Assembly (NCBI GenBank): GCA_021741645.1
Contig: JAIOXK010000003.1
Coordinates: forward strand, 3,504 to 67,503
Reading direction: 5' to 3'
Length of the DNA: 64,000 nucleotides
From: Candidatus Nanopelagicales bacterium
GTDB taxonomy: Bacteria > Actinomycetota > Actinomycetes > S36-B12
Shown: one piece after another, positions 9,554 to 18,509 of the stretch
Numbering within the stretch: the stretch's first letter is position 1
Layout: each line of letters starts with the position of its first letter
Notes under the pieces: generated by a model
Told to the model about the DNA's origin: nothing
What the model saw: only the letters and a program-made list of their open reading frames with translations
Databases searched by the model: none
Made by a program: the position numbers and the translations under genes

Positions 9554-10207
9554 TCACGGGGCGAAGTGCAGAGCCTCGTCCAAGGGCTTGCGCTCGAGGT
9601 CTGGAACCTCGCACGTCTCGGCTGGGTACCCGACGGGAAAGAGGATGTACGGCCGCTCGGTGGCGGGGCGCTCGAAGATCTCGGTGAGAAAGCCCATCGG
9701 ATTCGGCGTGTGCGTCAGCGTCGCCAAGCCCATGGTGTGCAGCGCGGTGATGAACAGGCCGCACGCAATGCCCACTGACTCGTTCACGTAGTAGTTCTTG
9801 CGAAGCGAGCCGTCCTCCAGGGGCGTTGACTTCTGCGCGAAGGCGACGACGATCCACGGCACGACGTCCAGGAAGCCCTTGTCGGACGATGTTCCGAGGG
9901 GGGCGATCGCATCACGCCAGGCTGGGGGAAGGCGTCCGCCTTCGTAGTTCTCCCGCTCCTCCTCCTCTGCCGCCATTCGGATGCGGTGCTTCACCTGCGG
10001 ATCGCAGGTGGCCACGAAGGTCCACGGCTGCTGGTGGGCACCGGATGGAGCCGTGTTCGCGGCAGCGACGGCCAGTTCTATCGCCTCGCGTGGGACGGGC
10101 CGGTCCGAGAAGTCCCGAACACTGCGCCTGAGAGACATGTGGTTCAGGAAGGCCTGACCGCGGTGCAGGGATTCCTGCTCAGGGACGAGCTCTGGGGAGT
10201 AGCGCAT
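9554..10207 (-). CDS. Nitroreductase family protein
   Basis: SLRRSVRDFSDRPVPREAIELAVAAANTAPSGAHQQPWTF is the typical nitroreductase/FMN-reductase N-terminal signature. Confidence 0.8.
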   Translation of the reverse strand: MRYSPELVPEQESLHRGQAFLNHMSLRRSVRDFSDRPVPREAIELAVAAANTAPSGAHQQPWTFVATCDPQVKHRIRMAAEEEERENYEGGRLPPAWRDAIAPLGTSSDKGFLDVVPWIVVAFAQKSTPLEDGSLRKNYYVNESVGIACGLFITALHTMGLATLTHTPNPMGFLTEIFERPATERPYILFPVGYPAETCEVPDLERKPLDEALHFAP

Positions 10208-10216
10208 CCGCCGACT

Positions 10217-10432
10217 CTAGGTCGCAGGTGGCGTCCGTTGGGGGCGGACGGCCACATGGTCGAAGGGGCAGTGCCGGCAGCCGTTCCCACAGCACCACCC
10301 ACGATTGGCGAGGTAGGTGCGCGTGAACACGAACAGCCCGGTGGTGGGGTCCGTGTAGCCGGAGTCCCCCCGAGCGCAGGCCCGATCGTGAGCCTCGCGC
10401 GCCCTCGGATCCAGAGCGGGCTCGACAGGCAT
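10217..10432 (-). CDS. Small Cys-rich protein (DUF5522-like, CCGNGCRHCP motif)
   Basis: 71-aa ORF with RGWCCGNGCRHCPF, recalled from DUF5522 family proteins. Confidence 0.55.
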   Translation of the reverse strand: MPVEPALDPRAREAHDRACARGDSGYTDPTTGLFVFTRTYLANRGWCCGNGCRHCPFDHVAVRPQRTPPAT

Positions 10433-10502
10433 GCCCTGATCGTAGGCGTCCGTGGCGCTGCCCGCTGTCCGCCTGCGTCCCGGCTGTTAATCTGACGCCC
10501 CC

Positions 10503-11351
10503 ATGCCCGCTTACATCCTCACGATCACCTGCCCAGACGGCCCGGGCATCATCCATGCCGTCAGCGGAGCGCTGCTCGAGATCAAGGCGAATGTCCTGGA
10601 GCAAGAGCAGTACTCGGATCTGGAGACCGGACTCTTCTTCGCCCGCACCAAGTTCGAGAGCGAACTGACCGATGTCGAGGCTGTGCGTTCACTCGTCGTC
10701 GATCGAACATCGGGGTTCGGCACTGAGGTGGGGCTGCGGCTGGAGGCCGCTCATCGTCGCGCGCTGATTCTCGTGTCGCAGTACGACCACTGCCTGCTTG
10801 ACCTCATCTACCGGCGTGAGGCAGGAGAGCTGCCCCTCGACATCGTGGGCATCGTCTCGAATCACGAGACGTGCCGCGACATCGCTGATCGTTCGGGGAT
10901 CCCCTTCCATCACCTGCCGGTGACCCCAGACACGAAGGCTGCGCAGGAGGAGCGCGTGCTCGAGCTCGTCGAACAGGAGCGGGTCGATCTCGTGGTGCTC
11001 GCCCGCTACATGCAGATCCTCTCCGATCGGGCGTGCCAGGAGTTGAGCGGACGCGTCATCAACATTCACCATTCCTTCCTTCCGGGTTTCAAGGGGGCTC
11101 GCCCTTACCACCAGGCGCATGCGCGCGGCGTCAAGCTGATTGGCGCGACGGCGCACTTCGTTACCTCCGACCTCGACGAGGGCCCGATCATTGAGCAGGA
11201 GGTCGAGCGGGTGAATCACACCTTCACGGCCGAGGCGCTGTCCGAGATCGGGCGAGACGTCGAGCGGCTTGCTCTCTCGCGGGCGGTCAAGCTGTTCGCC
11301 CAGGATCGGGTCTTCCTGAACAGAGACCGAACGGTCGTCTTCGGCGCCTGA
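10503..11351 (+). CDS. purU: Formyltetrahydrofolate deformylase
   Basis: N-terminal ACT domain (YILTITCPDGPGIIHAVSGALLE) plus formyltransferase core (INIHHSFLPGFKGARPYHQA). Confidence 0.9.
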   Translation: MPAYILTITCPDGPGIIHAVSGALLEIKANVLEQEQYSDLETGLFFARTKFESELTDVEAVRSLVVDRTSGFGTEVGLRLEAAHRRALILVSQYDHCLLDLIYRREAGELPLDIVGIVSNHETCRDIADRSGIPFHHLPVTPDTKAAQEERVLELVEQERVDLVVLARYMQILSDRACQELSGRVINIHHSFLPGFKGARPYHQAHARGVKLIGATAHFVTSDLDEGPIIEQEVERVNHTFTAEALSEIGRDVERLALSRAVKLFAQDRVFLNRDRTVVFGA

Positions 11352-11448
11352 CCTGTTGGCGGCGGCCTTCCCGTCGTCCCGTCCCACCCCATAGACTCGT
11401 GGCTCAATCGAGTCTCCTTTTTTCTGCTCCCATCACTCTGGAGGATCC

Positions 11449-11718
11449 ATGGCTGACGACGACATCGAGATCGGCGAGGACATCGAGGTGGACGTTGTCG
11501 TGGATGCCGATGGCAAGGTCGTCGGCTCCGTGGTCGATGACCTCGTGGTGGCATCTGGTCCCCAGGGCTCGCTGGTCGACGAGACCATCGATGTGCTCGA
11601 TGCCGATGGCAATCTCCTGATGGAGGACGAGAAGGTCAGCGTCTACAACGAGAACTCCGAGCTCGTTGCCGAGGAGGAGACGGTCACCATCGCCCTCGAC
11701 AGTTCCGCCAAGGACTGA
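11449..11718 (+). CDS. Highly acidic small hypothetical protein (89 aa)
   Basis: ORF rich in D/E/V (MADDDIEIGEDIEVDVVVDADGKVVG...). Its stop lies 3 nt before the next gene start, suggesting co-transcription. Confidence 0.45.
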   Translation: MADDDIEIGEDIEVDVVVDADGKVVGSVVDDLVVASGPQGSLVDETIDVLDADGNLLMEDEKVSVYNENSELVAEEETVTIALDSSAKD

Positions 11719-11721
11719 CCG

Positions 11722-12153
11722 GTGCTCAAGGGCGTCGACCCCCTGCTCAGCGGGGAGCTGCTGAAGATCCTCGACGACATGGGTCACGGTGACCAATTGG
11801 CGCTGGTGGACCGCAATTTCCCCGCGCATTCCTCGGGTCGCCCGGTTGTGCGGCTGGGTGAGGTGTCGATCATCCGCGCCGCTCGCGCGATCCTGAGTGT
11901 CTTTCCGTTGGACTCGTTCCAGTCCCATCCCCTCGAGCGCATGGAGGTGGAGGACGACCCGCACAGGACGACGGACGTGCAGGATGAACTGCTCGCCCTC
12001 GCGTCATCGCAGGAGGGTCGCCCGCTGGAGTACGGCGTCATCCCTCGTCTGGACTTCTATGAGCGCGTGCGTGGGACCTATGCCGTCGTGCACACCCTGG
12101 ACTCCGTTCCCTACGGCTGCTTCGTGATGCACAAGGGCGTCGTCTTCGACTGA
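11722..12153 (+). CDS. RbsD/FucU family sugar mutarotase
   Basis: GVDPLLSGELLKILDDMGHGDQLALVDRNFP matches the FucU/RbsD N-terminal motif. GTG start. Confidence 0.75.
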   Translation: MLKGVDPLLSGELLKILDDMGHGDQLALVDRNFPAHSSGRPVVRLGEVSIIRAARAILSVFPLDSFQSHPLERMEVEDDPHRTTDVQDELLALASSQEGRPLEYGVIPRLDFYERVRGTYAVVHTLDSVPYGCFVMHKGVVFD

Positions 12154-12216
12154 GCGGCATGCACGTCAGTGGCTCCGCCGATGCGTGATGCCCCAGAACG
12201 CGAGTAGTTTGCGGGT

Positions 12217-13608
12217 ATGGCTCTCGTGGCAGGGGTCGACTCCTCGACCCAATCGGTGAAGATCGTTGTTCGTGACGCTGATTCAGGCGCACTGGTGCGC
12301 GAGGCGCGTGCCTCTCATCCCGACGGCACCGAGGTTGATCCTGCGGCATGGGTGAGCGCGCTCGCGGCGGCCTCTGACGGTCTCCTCGATGGCGTCTCGG
12401 CCATGGCCATCGGTGGTCAGCAGCACGGCATGGTGGCCCTGGACGATGAGGGCGAGGTCGTCCGCGATGCCCTGCTGTGGAACGACACACGGTCCGCACC
12501 GGATGCTGACGACCTCATTGCCGAACTCGGCGGCCCCCAGGCGTGGGCGGATGCCGTCGGCAGTGTGCCCGTCGCTGCGTTCACGGTCACGAAGGTGCGC
12601 TGGATGGCGCGCGTGGAGCCCGAGAATGCTGCGCGCACGTCGCGTGTGCTGCTGCCGCACGACTACCTGACCTGGCTTCTGGCCGGGCGCCCTGACGAGG
12701 CCGCGACGGATCGTGGCGAGGCATCGGGAACGGGCTACTGGTCGCCCATCACGGGGGAGTACCGAACAGACCTGCTGGAGATGGCCCTTGGCCACGATGC
12801 ACGCCTGCCGCACGTGCATGGTCCGGCCTCGGCTATCGGAGAGACGAAGGCAGGGATCCTCCTCGGTCCTGGCACGGGTGACAACATGGCCGCGGCGCTG
12901 GGCATCGGTGCTGGCCCGGGAGATGTGGTCGTGTCCTTGGGCACGTCGGGAACGGCATTCGCCGTCTCGGATGTGCCTGCGAAGGATCCCAGCGGTCTCG
13001 TCGCGGGATTCGCCGATGCGACAGGGCACTTCCTCCCGCTCGTCTGCACGCTCAATGCCGCGCGGGTGCTGTCGTCAACGGCGGCGATGCTCAACGTGGA
13101 CCTTGACCAGTTGGCGACGCTCGCGATGGCGGCCGCACCCGGTGCCGGGGGACTGTCCCTGCTTCCCTATCTGGACGGGGAGCGGACCCCCAACCTGCCG
13201 ACGGCTCAGGGGTCGCTGCATGGCCTGACGCGAGACAACATGACGCCGGAGAACCTTGCCCGGGCGGCAGTCGAAGGAATGCTGGGCGGGCTGGCTGATG
13301 CGGTGGATGCACTGGTAGAGGTGGGTGTCGAACCACGTCGGGTCATCCTTGTCGGCGGTGCGGCAGCGAACCCTGCTGTGGGTGCGGTGGCCTCGACGCT
13401 GTTCACGGTGCCGGTGGTCGTGCCCCCGGCTGGCGAGTACGTCGCCGACGGTGCCGCTCGACAAGCCGCCTGGGTGCTCGCGGGCGGGGGTGAGCCGCCG
13501 GTCTGGGATGACGTTCGCGAGGGGGAGACGCGCATGTATCAGCCGGACCCCGTGGCCGCGGTGCGGCAGGCCTATGGCCGGGCTCGAGGTGCGCTCTACC
13601 CCGCCTAG
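12217..13608 (+). CDS. xylB: Xylulokinase
   Basis: FGGY kinase N-terminus [16 protein letters not shown], 463 aa, immediately upstream of xylA. Confidence 0.85.
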   Translation: MALVAGVDSSTQSVKIVVRDADSGALVREARASHPDGTEVDPAAWVSALAAASDGLLDGVSAMAIGGQQHGMVALDDEGEVVRDALLWNDTRSAPDADDLIAELGGPQAWADAVGSVPVAAFTVTKVRWMARVEPENAARTSRVLLPHDYLTWLLAGRPDEAATDRGEASGTGYWSPITGEYRTDLLEMALGHDARLPHVHGPASAIGETKAGILLGPGTGDNMAAALGIGAGPGDVVVSLGTSGTAFAVSDVPAKDPSGLVAGFADATGHFLPLVCTLNAARVLSSTAAMLNVDLDQLATLAMAAAPGAGGLSLLPYLDGERTPNLPTAQGSLHGLTRDNMTPENLARAAVEGMLGGLADAVDALVEVGVEPRRVILVGGAAANPAVGAVASTLFTVPVVVPPAGEYVADGAARQAAWVLAGGGEPPVWDDVREGETRMYQPDPVAAVRQAYGRARGALYPA

Positions 13609-13721
13609 GCGCGGGGGAGTTCCGTCAACGCCCGGCTCTGTGGCTTCTGCGTGACGTGTGCGTGACCAAATCGTTACGCCAGAACGGCACTTTCGCCTTG
13701 TCAGCACTCGGATCCCGACTT

Positions 13722-13761
13722 ATGTTTGCGCAGACAACATACATTGTTGGTGACTCCAACA
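13722..13761. promoter_or_regulatory. Two adjacent TGTT..AACA inverted repeats in an AT-rich patch upstream of xylA (candidate ROK/XylR operator)
   Basis: ATGTT-n9-AACAT at 13722..13740 and TGTTGG-tgact-CCAACA at 13745..13761. They lie about 80-120 nt upstream of the xylA start in a locally AT-rich stretch. Confidence 0.45.
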
Positions 13762-13839
13762 TATTCCGGCCGCGCCCCCAGGGTGGCGGACGTGAGCGGT
13801 GTGCGGGGGAGTCCCACCGAACGACATGGAGGGCGACTC

Positions 13840-15006
13840 GTGAGCAGGGAGTTCGTTGCGCAGCCGGAGAACCGCTTCTCGTTCGGGCTGTGGACGGTCG
13901 GCAACCGCGGCCGCGATCCCTTCGGCGAGGCGGTTCGCCCCAAGATCGAGATCGACGACATGCTCCGCGGTCTTGCGGACATCGGTGTCTATGGCGTGAG
14001 CTTCCACGACGACGACCTCATGACCTTCGGGGCCCCCGAGTCCCAGCGTCGCGCTGAGCTGGATGCCTTCAAGAAGACTCTTGAGGAGACCGGGCTCGTG
14101 TGCACGATGGCCACGACCAATCTCTTCTACCACCCCATCTTCAAGGACGGTGCGTTCACGTCGAACGACCGTGATGTGCGTCGATACGCGATCCAGAAGT
14201 CGATGCGAAATATCGACGTCGCCGCCGAGCTGGGGGCGCCGACGTACGTGTTCTGGGGTGGACGAGAGGGAGTCGAGTCGGCCGCGGCAAAGGACACCCG
14301 CGACGCCCTGTCCCGCTACGCAGAGGCGCTGGACTTCCTCGGCGGCTACGTCAAGGACAAGGGCTACGACATCCGATTCGCCATCGAGCCGAAGCCGAAT
14401 GAGCCGCGGGGCGACATCTTCCTCCCCACGGTTGGGCACGCGCTCGCCTTCATCGAGAGGCTGGAGCACAGCGAGATGGTGGGCCTCAACCCGGAGGTCG
14501 CGCACGAGACGATGTCAGGCCTGTCGTTCTATCAGGGAGTGGCCCAGACCCTGTGGCAGGACAAGCTCTTCCACATCGATCTGAACGATCAGCGCATCGG
14601 CCGCTTCGACCAGGACTTCCGTTTCGGATCGGAGGGGTTGAAGGATCACTTCTTCCTCGTTCGACTGCTGGAGAACAGCGGATACGCGGGCGTCAAGCAC
14701 TTCGATGCGCACGCCTATCGCACCGAGGATGTTGCCGGTGTGTGGGACTTCGCCCGCGGCTGCATCCGCAATTACCTCGCATTCGCGGAGAAGGCCCGCG
14801 AATTCGACTCAGATCCCCGCGTTGCTGCGGCCATGGCCTACACGGGCGTGACTGACCTCGCGGAGCCGTCCATCGGTGCGTACTCCTCGGAGGCGGCTGC
14901 TGGACTCATGGCGGAGACGTTTGACGTCGAGGCCTTGGCACAACGGGGGTATGGCATTGAGGCCCTCGACCAACTCGTCGTCGATCACATTCTCGGCATC
15001 GCCTGA
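13840..15006 (+). CDS. xylA: Xylose isomerase (actinobacterial class I)
   Basis: [18 protein letters not shown] and the rest of the 388-aa protein match class I XylA. GTG 13840 is preceded by GGAGGG. The track ORF starts at 13726. Confidence 0.9.
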   Translation: MSREFVAQPENRFSFGLWTVGNRGRDPFGEAVRPKIEIDDMLRGLADIGVYGVSFHDDDLMTFGAPESQRRAELDAFKKTLEETGLVCTMATTNLFYHPIFKDGAFTSNDRDVRRYAIQKSMRNIDVAAELGAPTYVFWGGREGVESAAAKDTRDALSRYAEALDFLGGYVKDKGYDIRFAIEPKPNEPRGDIFLPTVGHALAFIERLEHSEMVGLNPEVAHETMSGLSFYQGVAQTLWQDKLFHIDLNDQRIGRFDQDFRFGSEGLKDHFFLVRLLENSGYAGVKHFDAHAYRTEDVAGVWDFARGCIRNYLAFAEKAREFDSDPRVAAAMAYTGVTDLAEPSIGAYSSEAAAGLMAETFDVEALAQRGYGIEALDQLVVDHILGIA

Positions 15007-15074
15007 CGCCGCGGATGACGACGTAATCACCCACCACACAGGCAGCCTTGGCTGCAAGGAAGGGACACATCCAT

Positions 15075-16241
15075 ATGTCCAGGAAACTGATCGGAGCAGT
15101 CGCGAGCCTCGCCGCCGCGTCTTTGCTCGTTGCTGCGTGCAGCTCCTCCAGCGAGGAGTCCACGGACGCTGCCGTCACCGAGGAGACCGCTGCTGCTGAG
15201 GTCACCGAGGATGCAGCCGAAGAGGTTGCCGAGGAGGCTGTCGCCGCAGGCGGCAAGGCCTGCGTGATCCTGCCCGACGCGGCGTCGTCGGCTCGCTGGG
15301 AGACCGCGGACCGTCCGTTCCTCGAGCAGGCATTCACCGCGGCTGGCGTCGAGTACGACATCCAGAACGCGAATGGCGACAAGGCCAAGTTCCAGACCAT
15401 CGCCGACGGCATGCTCGCCAGCGGCTGTGGCGTCATGGCTGTCGTCAACCTCGACAGCGAGACCGGCTCAGCCGTCATCGCCAAGGCCACCGCTGCCGGT
15501 GTGCCCGTCATCGACTACGACCGTCTCACCCTCGGTGGCGGCGCTCAGTACTACGTCTCCTTCGACAACGTCGCAGTCGGCACCGCGATCGGCGAGGGCC
15601 TCATCAAGTGCCTCGGCGACGCTGGTGTGACCGAGGGCCCGGTGGCCCTGCTCAACGGTTCGCCCACGGACAACAACGCGACGCTCTTCAAGCAGGGCTA
15701 CCAGGCCGCGCTTGAGGGTGCAGGCTTCACCGTTGCTGCCGATCAGGCCGTTCCGGACTGGGACAACACCAAGGCCGGCACCATCTTCGAGCAGATGTAC
15801 ACCGAGGCGAATGGTGACTTCGTCGCCGTCGCAGCGGCCAACGACGGACTCGGTGGCGCAGCCATCGCCGTGCTCGATCGCAACGGCCAGGCTGGCGCCA
15901 TCCCGGTGTCGGGCCAGGACGCGACCGATGAGGGTCTCCAGCGCGTGCTCATGGGCACCCAGTGCGTGACCGTCTACAAGGCCGTGAAGAAGGAGGCCGA
16001 GGCAGCTGCTGCTCTCGCGGTCGCCCTGCTCAACGGTGACTCCGCCGCGGCTGACGCGCTGGCGACCGGCTCCACGACCGACAGCGAGGCTGGCACCGAG
16101 GTGCCGTCCGTGCTGCTCGAGCCGCAGCCGATCTACGCCGACACCGTGATCGACGTCATCAACGACGGCTTCACCACGGCCGAGAACGTCTGCGCGACGG
16201 ACGAGCTCATGGAGAAGTGCGTCGAGTACGGCATTCAGTAG
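15075..16241 (+). CDS. xylF: Sugar (xylose-type) ABC transporter substrate-binding lipoprotein
   Basis: Lipobox LLVAAC, then an acidic linker and a periplasmic-binding-protein type I fold. Start ATG 15075 follows AAGGAAGGGA. Confidence 0.8.
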   Translation: MSRKLIGAVASLAAASLLVAACSSSSEESTDAAVTEETAAAEVTEDAAEEVAEEAVAAGGKACVILPDAASSARWETADRPFLEQAFTAAGVEYDIQNANGDKAKFQTIADGMLASGCGVMAVVNLDSETGSAVIAKATAAGVPVIDYDRLTLGGGAQYYVSFDNVAVGTAIGEGLIKCLGDAGVTEGPVALLNGSPTDNNATLFKQGYQAALEGAGFTVAADQAVPDWDNTKAGTIFEQMYTEANGDFVAVAAANDGLGGAAIAVLDRNGQAGAIPVSGQDATDEGLQRVLMGTQCVTVYKAVKKEAEAAAALAVALLNGDSAAADALATGSTTDSEAGTEVPSVLLEPQPIYADTVIDVINDGFTTAENVCATDELMEKCVEYGIQ

Positions 16242-16248
16242 CACACTG

Positions 16249-16308
16249 CCGGCCTAGGCCGGTCCGAACGGAACCGGTGGGGACGGGTGCCATGCCCGTC
16301 CCCACCGG
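16249..16308 (+). terminator. Two strong intercistronic stem-loops after xylF (attenuator / mRNA-stabilising hairpins)
   Basis: Perfect palindrome CCGGCCTAGGCCGG at 16249..16262. Perfect 14-bp stem CCGGTGGGGACGGG (16274..16287) pairs with CCCGTCCCCACCGG (16295..16308), 7-nt loop. No U-tract. Confidence 0.5.
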
Positions 16309-16406
16309 CCGTCTGGGGGAACTGCGGTTGGTTGCGGAGTTCCCTCCGACCGAGGAACTCCCGGAAAAACCACCCACCCCACTCATCCCTACGAGAAGGT
16401 TGCTCC

Positions 16407-17195
16407 ATGACGGCTGACTCACCGATTCTGGAACTCAAGGGCATCAACAAGAGCTTCGGCGCCGTGCACGTCCTGCACGATGTGGATCTCACCGTGATGC
16501 CAGGGCAGGTCACCGCGCTCGTGGGAGACAACGGCGCCGGTAAGAGCACCCTGATCAAGGGCATCGCGGGTATCTACTCTTTCGACAGCGGTGACTACTT
16601 CTTTGAGGGCAAGCGAGCCCAGGTGCATGACCCCAAGGACGCCAACGCTCTCGGCATCGAGGTCGTGTACCAGGACCTGGCGCTGTGCGACAACCTCGAC
16701 GTGGTCCACAACATGTTCCTGGGCCGCGAGGAGACGAAAGCGGGAACGCTGGACGAGATCGACATGGAGAAGCGGGCCACGGACACCCTCAAGGGCCTGT
16801 CCGTCCGCACGCTGAAGTCGGTGCGTCAGCAGGTATCGAGCCTCTCCGGCGGTCAGAGGCAGACGGTCGCCATCGCCCGCGCAGTCTTGTGGAACTCCAA
16901 GATGGTCATCCTCGATGAGCCGACGGCCGCCCTCGGCGTCGCCCAGACGGAGCAGGTGCTCAATCTCGTCCGACGGCTAGCGGACAACGGCCTGGGAGTC
17001 ATCCTCATCTCGCACAACATGAACGACGTCATGCAGGTCGCCGACAGCGTCGCCTGCCTCTATCTCGGCCAGATGGCCGCACAGGTCCAGATCTCTGAGG
17101 TCGATCACAGCAGCATCGTGGAGCTCATCACGATGGGGCGGTCAGGTGACATCGGCATCCAGCTCGATGATGCGTTGACGGGAGACGTGGCGTGA
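16407..17195 (+). CDS. Sugar ABC transporter ATP-binding protein (single NBD, 262 aa)
   Basis: Walker A GDNGAGKST, signature LSGGQRQ, Walker B VILDEPT. ATG 16407 follows GAGAAGG. The track ORF starts at 16287. Confidence 0.85.
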   Translation: MTADSPILELKGINKSFGAVHVLHDVDLTVMPGQVTALVGDNGAGKSTLIKGIAGIYSFDSGDYFFEGKRAQVHDPKDANALGIEVVYQDLALCDNLDVVHNMFLGREETKAGTLDEIDMEKRATDTLKGLSVRTLKSVRQQVSSLSGGQRQTVAIARAVLWNSKMVILDEPTAALGVAQTEQVLNLVRRLADNGLGVILISHNMNDVMQVADSVACLYLGQMAAQVQISEVDHSSIVELITMGRSGDIGIQLDDALTGDVA

Positions 17196-18490
17196 GCAAT
17201 CATCAGACGACCGACGTGGACATTCCCGAGGCTGGTGACCGCGGGGGCATCGGCATGGCGGTGGGGGACTACTTCTCCCGCGTCAAGGGAGGCGACGTCG
17301 GTTCGCTCCCGGCCGTCCTCGGCCTCGTCGTCCTGTTCCTGCTGTTCACGGCCCTGAAGCCGGACACCTTCTTCTCCTTCTTCAACTTCGCCAACCTGCT
17401 CAACCAGTCGGCCGCCATCATCGTCCTGGCCATGGGCCTGGTGTTCGTCCTGCTGCTGGGCGAGATCGACCTCTCCGCGGGCTTCACGGCCGGCACGGCG
17501 GCGGCGGTGCTGGCCGTGGCACTGTCGAACTGGGGGCTGGCGTGGCCCCTTGCCCTGCTCGTCGGCCTGCTGACCGGAACGGTGATCGGCCTGTTTATCG
17601 GCTCCCTTGTCGCCAGGCTCGGAATTCCGTCCTTCGTCGTGACGTTGGCGATGTTCCTCGCCCTTCAGGGCGTCATGCTGCTGATCATCGGTGAAGGCGG
17701 AACCATTCGCCTCCGCAGTGATGTCCTCCTCGCCATCATGAACCAGAACATGCCGCTGTGGGCCGGGTGGCTCATGTGGGCACTGGTGATCGGCGGCTAC
17801 CTCCTTGTGTCCTGGCGGGCGATTGCCGGGCGTCGCAAGGCGGGCCTGCGGTCCACGGCCACGTCGGTGTGGATCGCCAAGGTCCTGAGCCTTGCTGTGC
17901 TGCTCGGCGTGCTCGTCTTCGTTCTCAATCAGCAGCGGCAGATTGTTCGACCGGGCAAGGAGTCGTGCCCCTCGGTGGGCGAGGCGCCGGTCGGGTGCAT
18001 CCCGGTCATCGAGGGTGTCCCCTGGGCCGTGCTCGTCGTGCTGGTCCTCGTCGTCGGTCTCACTTTCGTGCTGGGACGCACGCCCTTCGGCCGTCACGTC
18101 TACGCAGTGGGCGGCAACGCTGAGGCGTCGCGTCGAGCCGGAATCAACGTGAAGATGATCAAGATCTACTGCTTCATGATCGGGTCGACACTTGCGGCAG
18201 TCGCCGGTGTTCTCCTGGCCTCACGCGACAACTCTGTCTCGCCGACGACGGGTGGCGCGCAGACGCTGCTGTTCGCCGTCGGTGCGGCGGTTATCGGCGG
18301 CACCAGCCTCTTCGGCGGTAAGGGCAAGGTCATGGATGCCGTCGTCGGCGGTCTCGTGATTGCGGTCATCGCCAATGGGCTGCCACTGATCACCCAGCAG
18401 TCGGGCATTCAGTTCGTCGTGACAGGTTTCGTCCTTCTGGTTGCAGCGGGCGTCGATGCGATCTCTCGCAAACGTGCCTCAGCGACCTAG
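17192..18490 (+). CDS. Sugar ABC transporter permease (XylH/RbsC-like)
   Basis: 432-aa polytopic protein. GTG start overlaps the ATPase stop (GTGA). Confidence 0.8.
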   Translation: MSNHQTTDVDIPEAGDRGGIGMAVGDYFSRVKGGDVGSLPAVLGLVVLFLLFTALKPDTFFSFFNFANLLNQSAAIIVLAMGLVFVLLLGEIDLSAGFTAGTAAAVLAVALSNWGLAWPLALLVGLLTGTVIGLFIGSLVARLGIPSFVVTLAMFLALQGVMLLIIGEGGTIRLRSDVLLAIMNQNMPLWAGWLMWALVIGGYLLVSWRAIAGRRKAGLRSTATSVWIAKVLSLAVLLGVLVFVLNQQRQIVRPGKESCPSVGEAPVGCIPVIEGVPWAVLVVLVLVVGLTFVLGRTPFGRHVYAVGGNAEASRRAGINVKMIKIYCFMIGSTLAAVAGVLLASRDNSVSPTTGGAQTLLFAVGAAVIGGTSLFGGKGKVMDAVVGGLVIAVIANGLPLITQQSGIQFVVTGFVLLVAAGVDAISRKRASAT

Positions 18491-18509
18491 AAGGACTCCT
18501 TCCCCTCTC

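Noticed and set aside
10380-10502. Possible ZTP (pfl-motif) riboswitch upstream of purU, a classic ZTP-regulated gene. The region contains GGCG elements and CCGCCTGCGTCCCGG, which resembles the conserved CCGCCUGGGC 3' element.
   Set aside because: The most conserved 3' pentanucleotide (UGGGC) is absent, because the sequence reads UGCGU. The 5' GGGUCGUGACUGGCG-like element is only loosely matched, and the region mostly overlaps the divergent DUF5522 CDS. A covariance-model scan (Rfam RF01750) would settle it.
16261-16271. The 11-mer GGTCCGAACGG, identical to part of the island operator, found in the xylF-ATPase spacer.
   Set aside because: Only a half-site is present, because the CGTT arm is replaced by the GGCC palindrome. 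It lies inside an operon unrelated to the island. I treat it as coincidental or at best a degenerate site.
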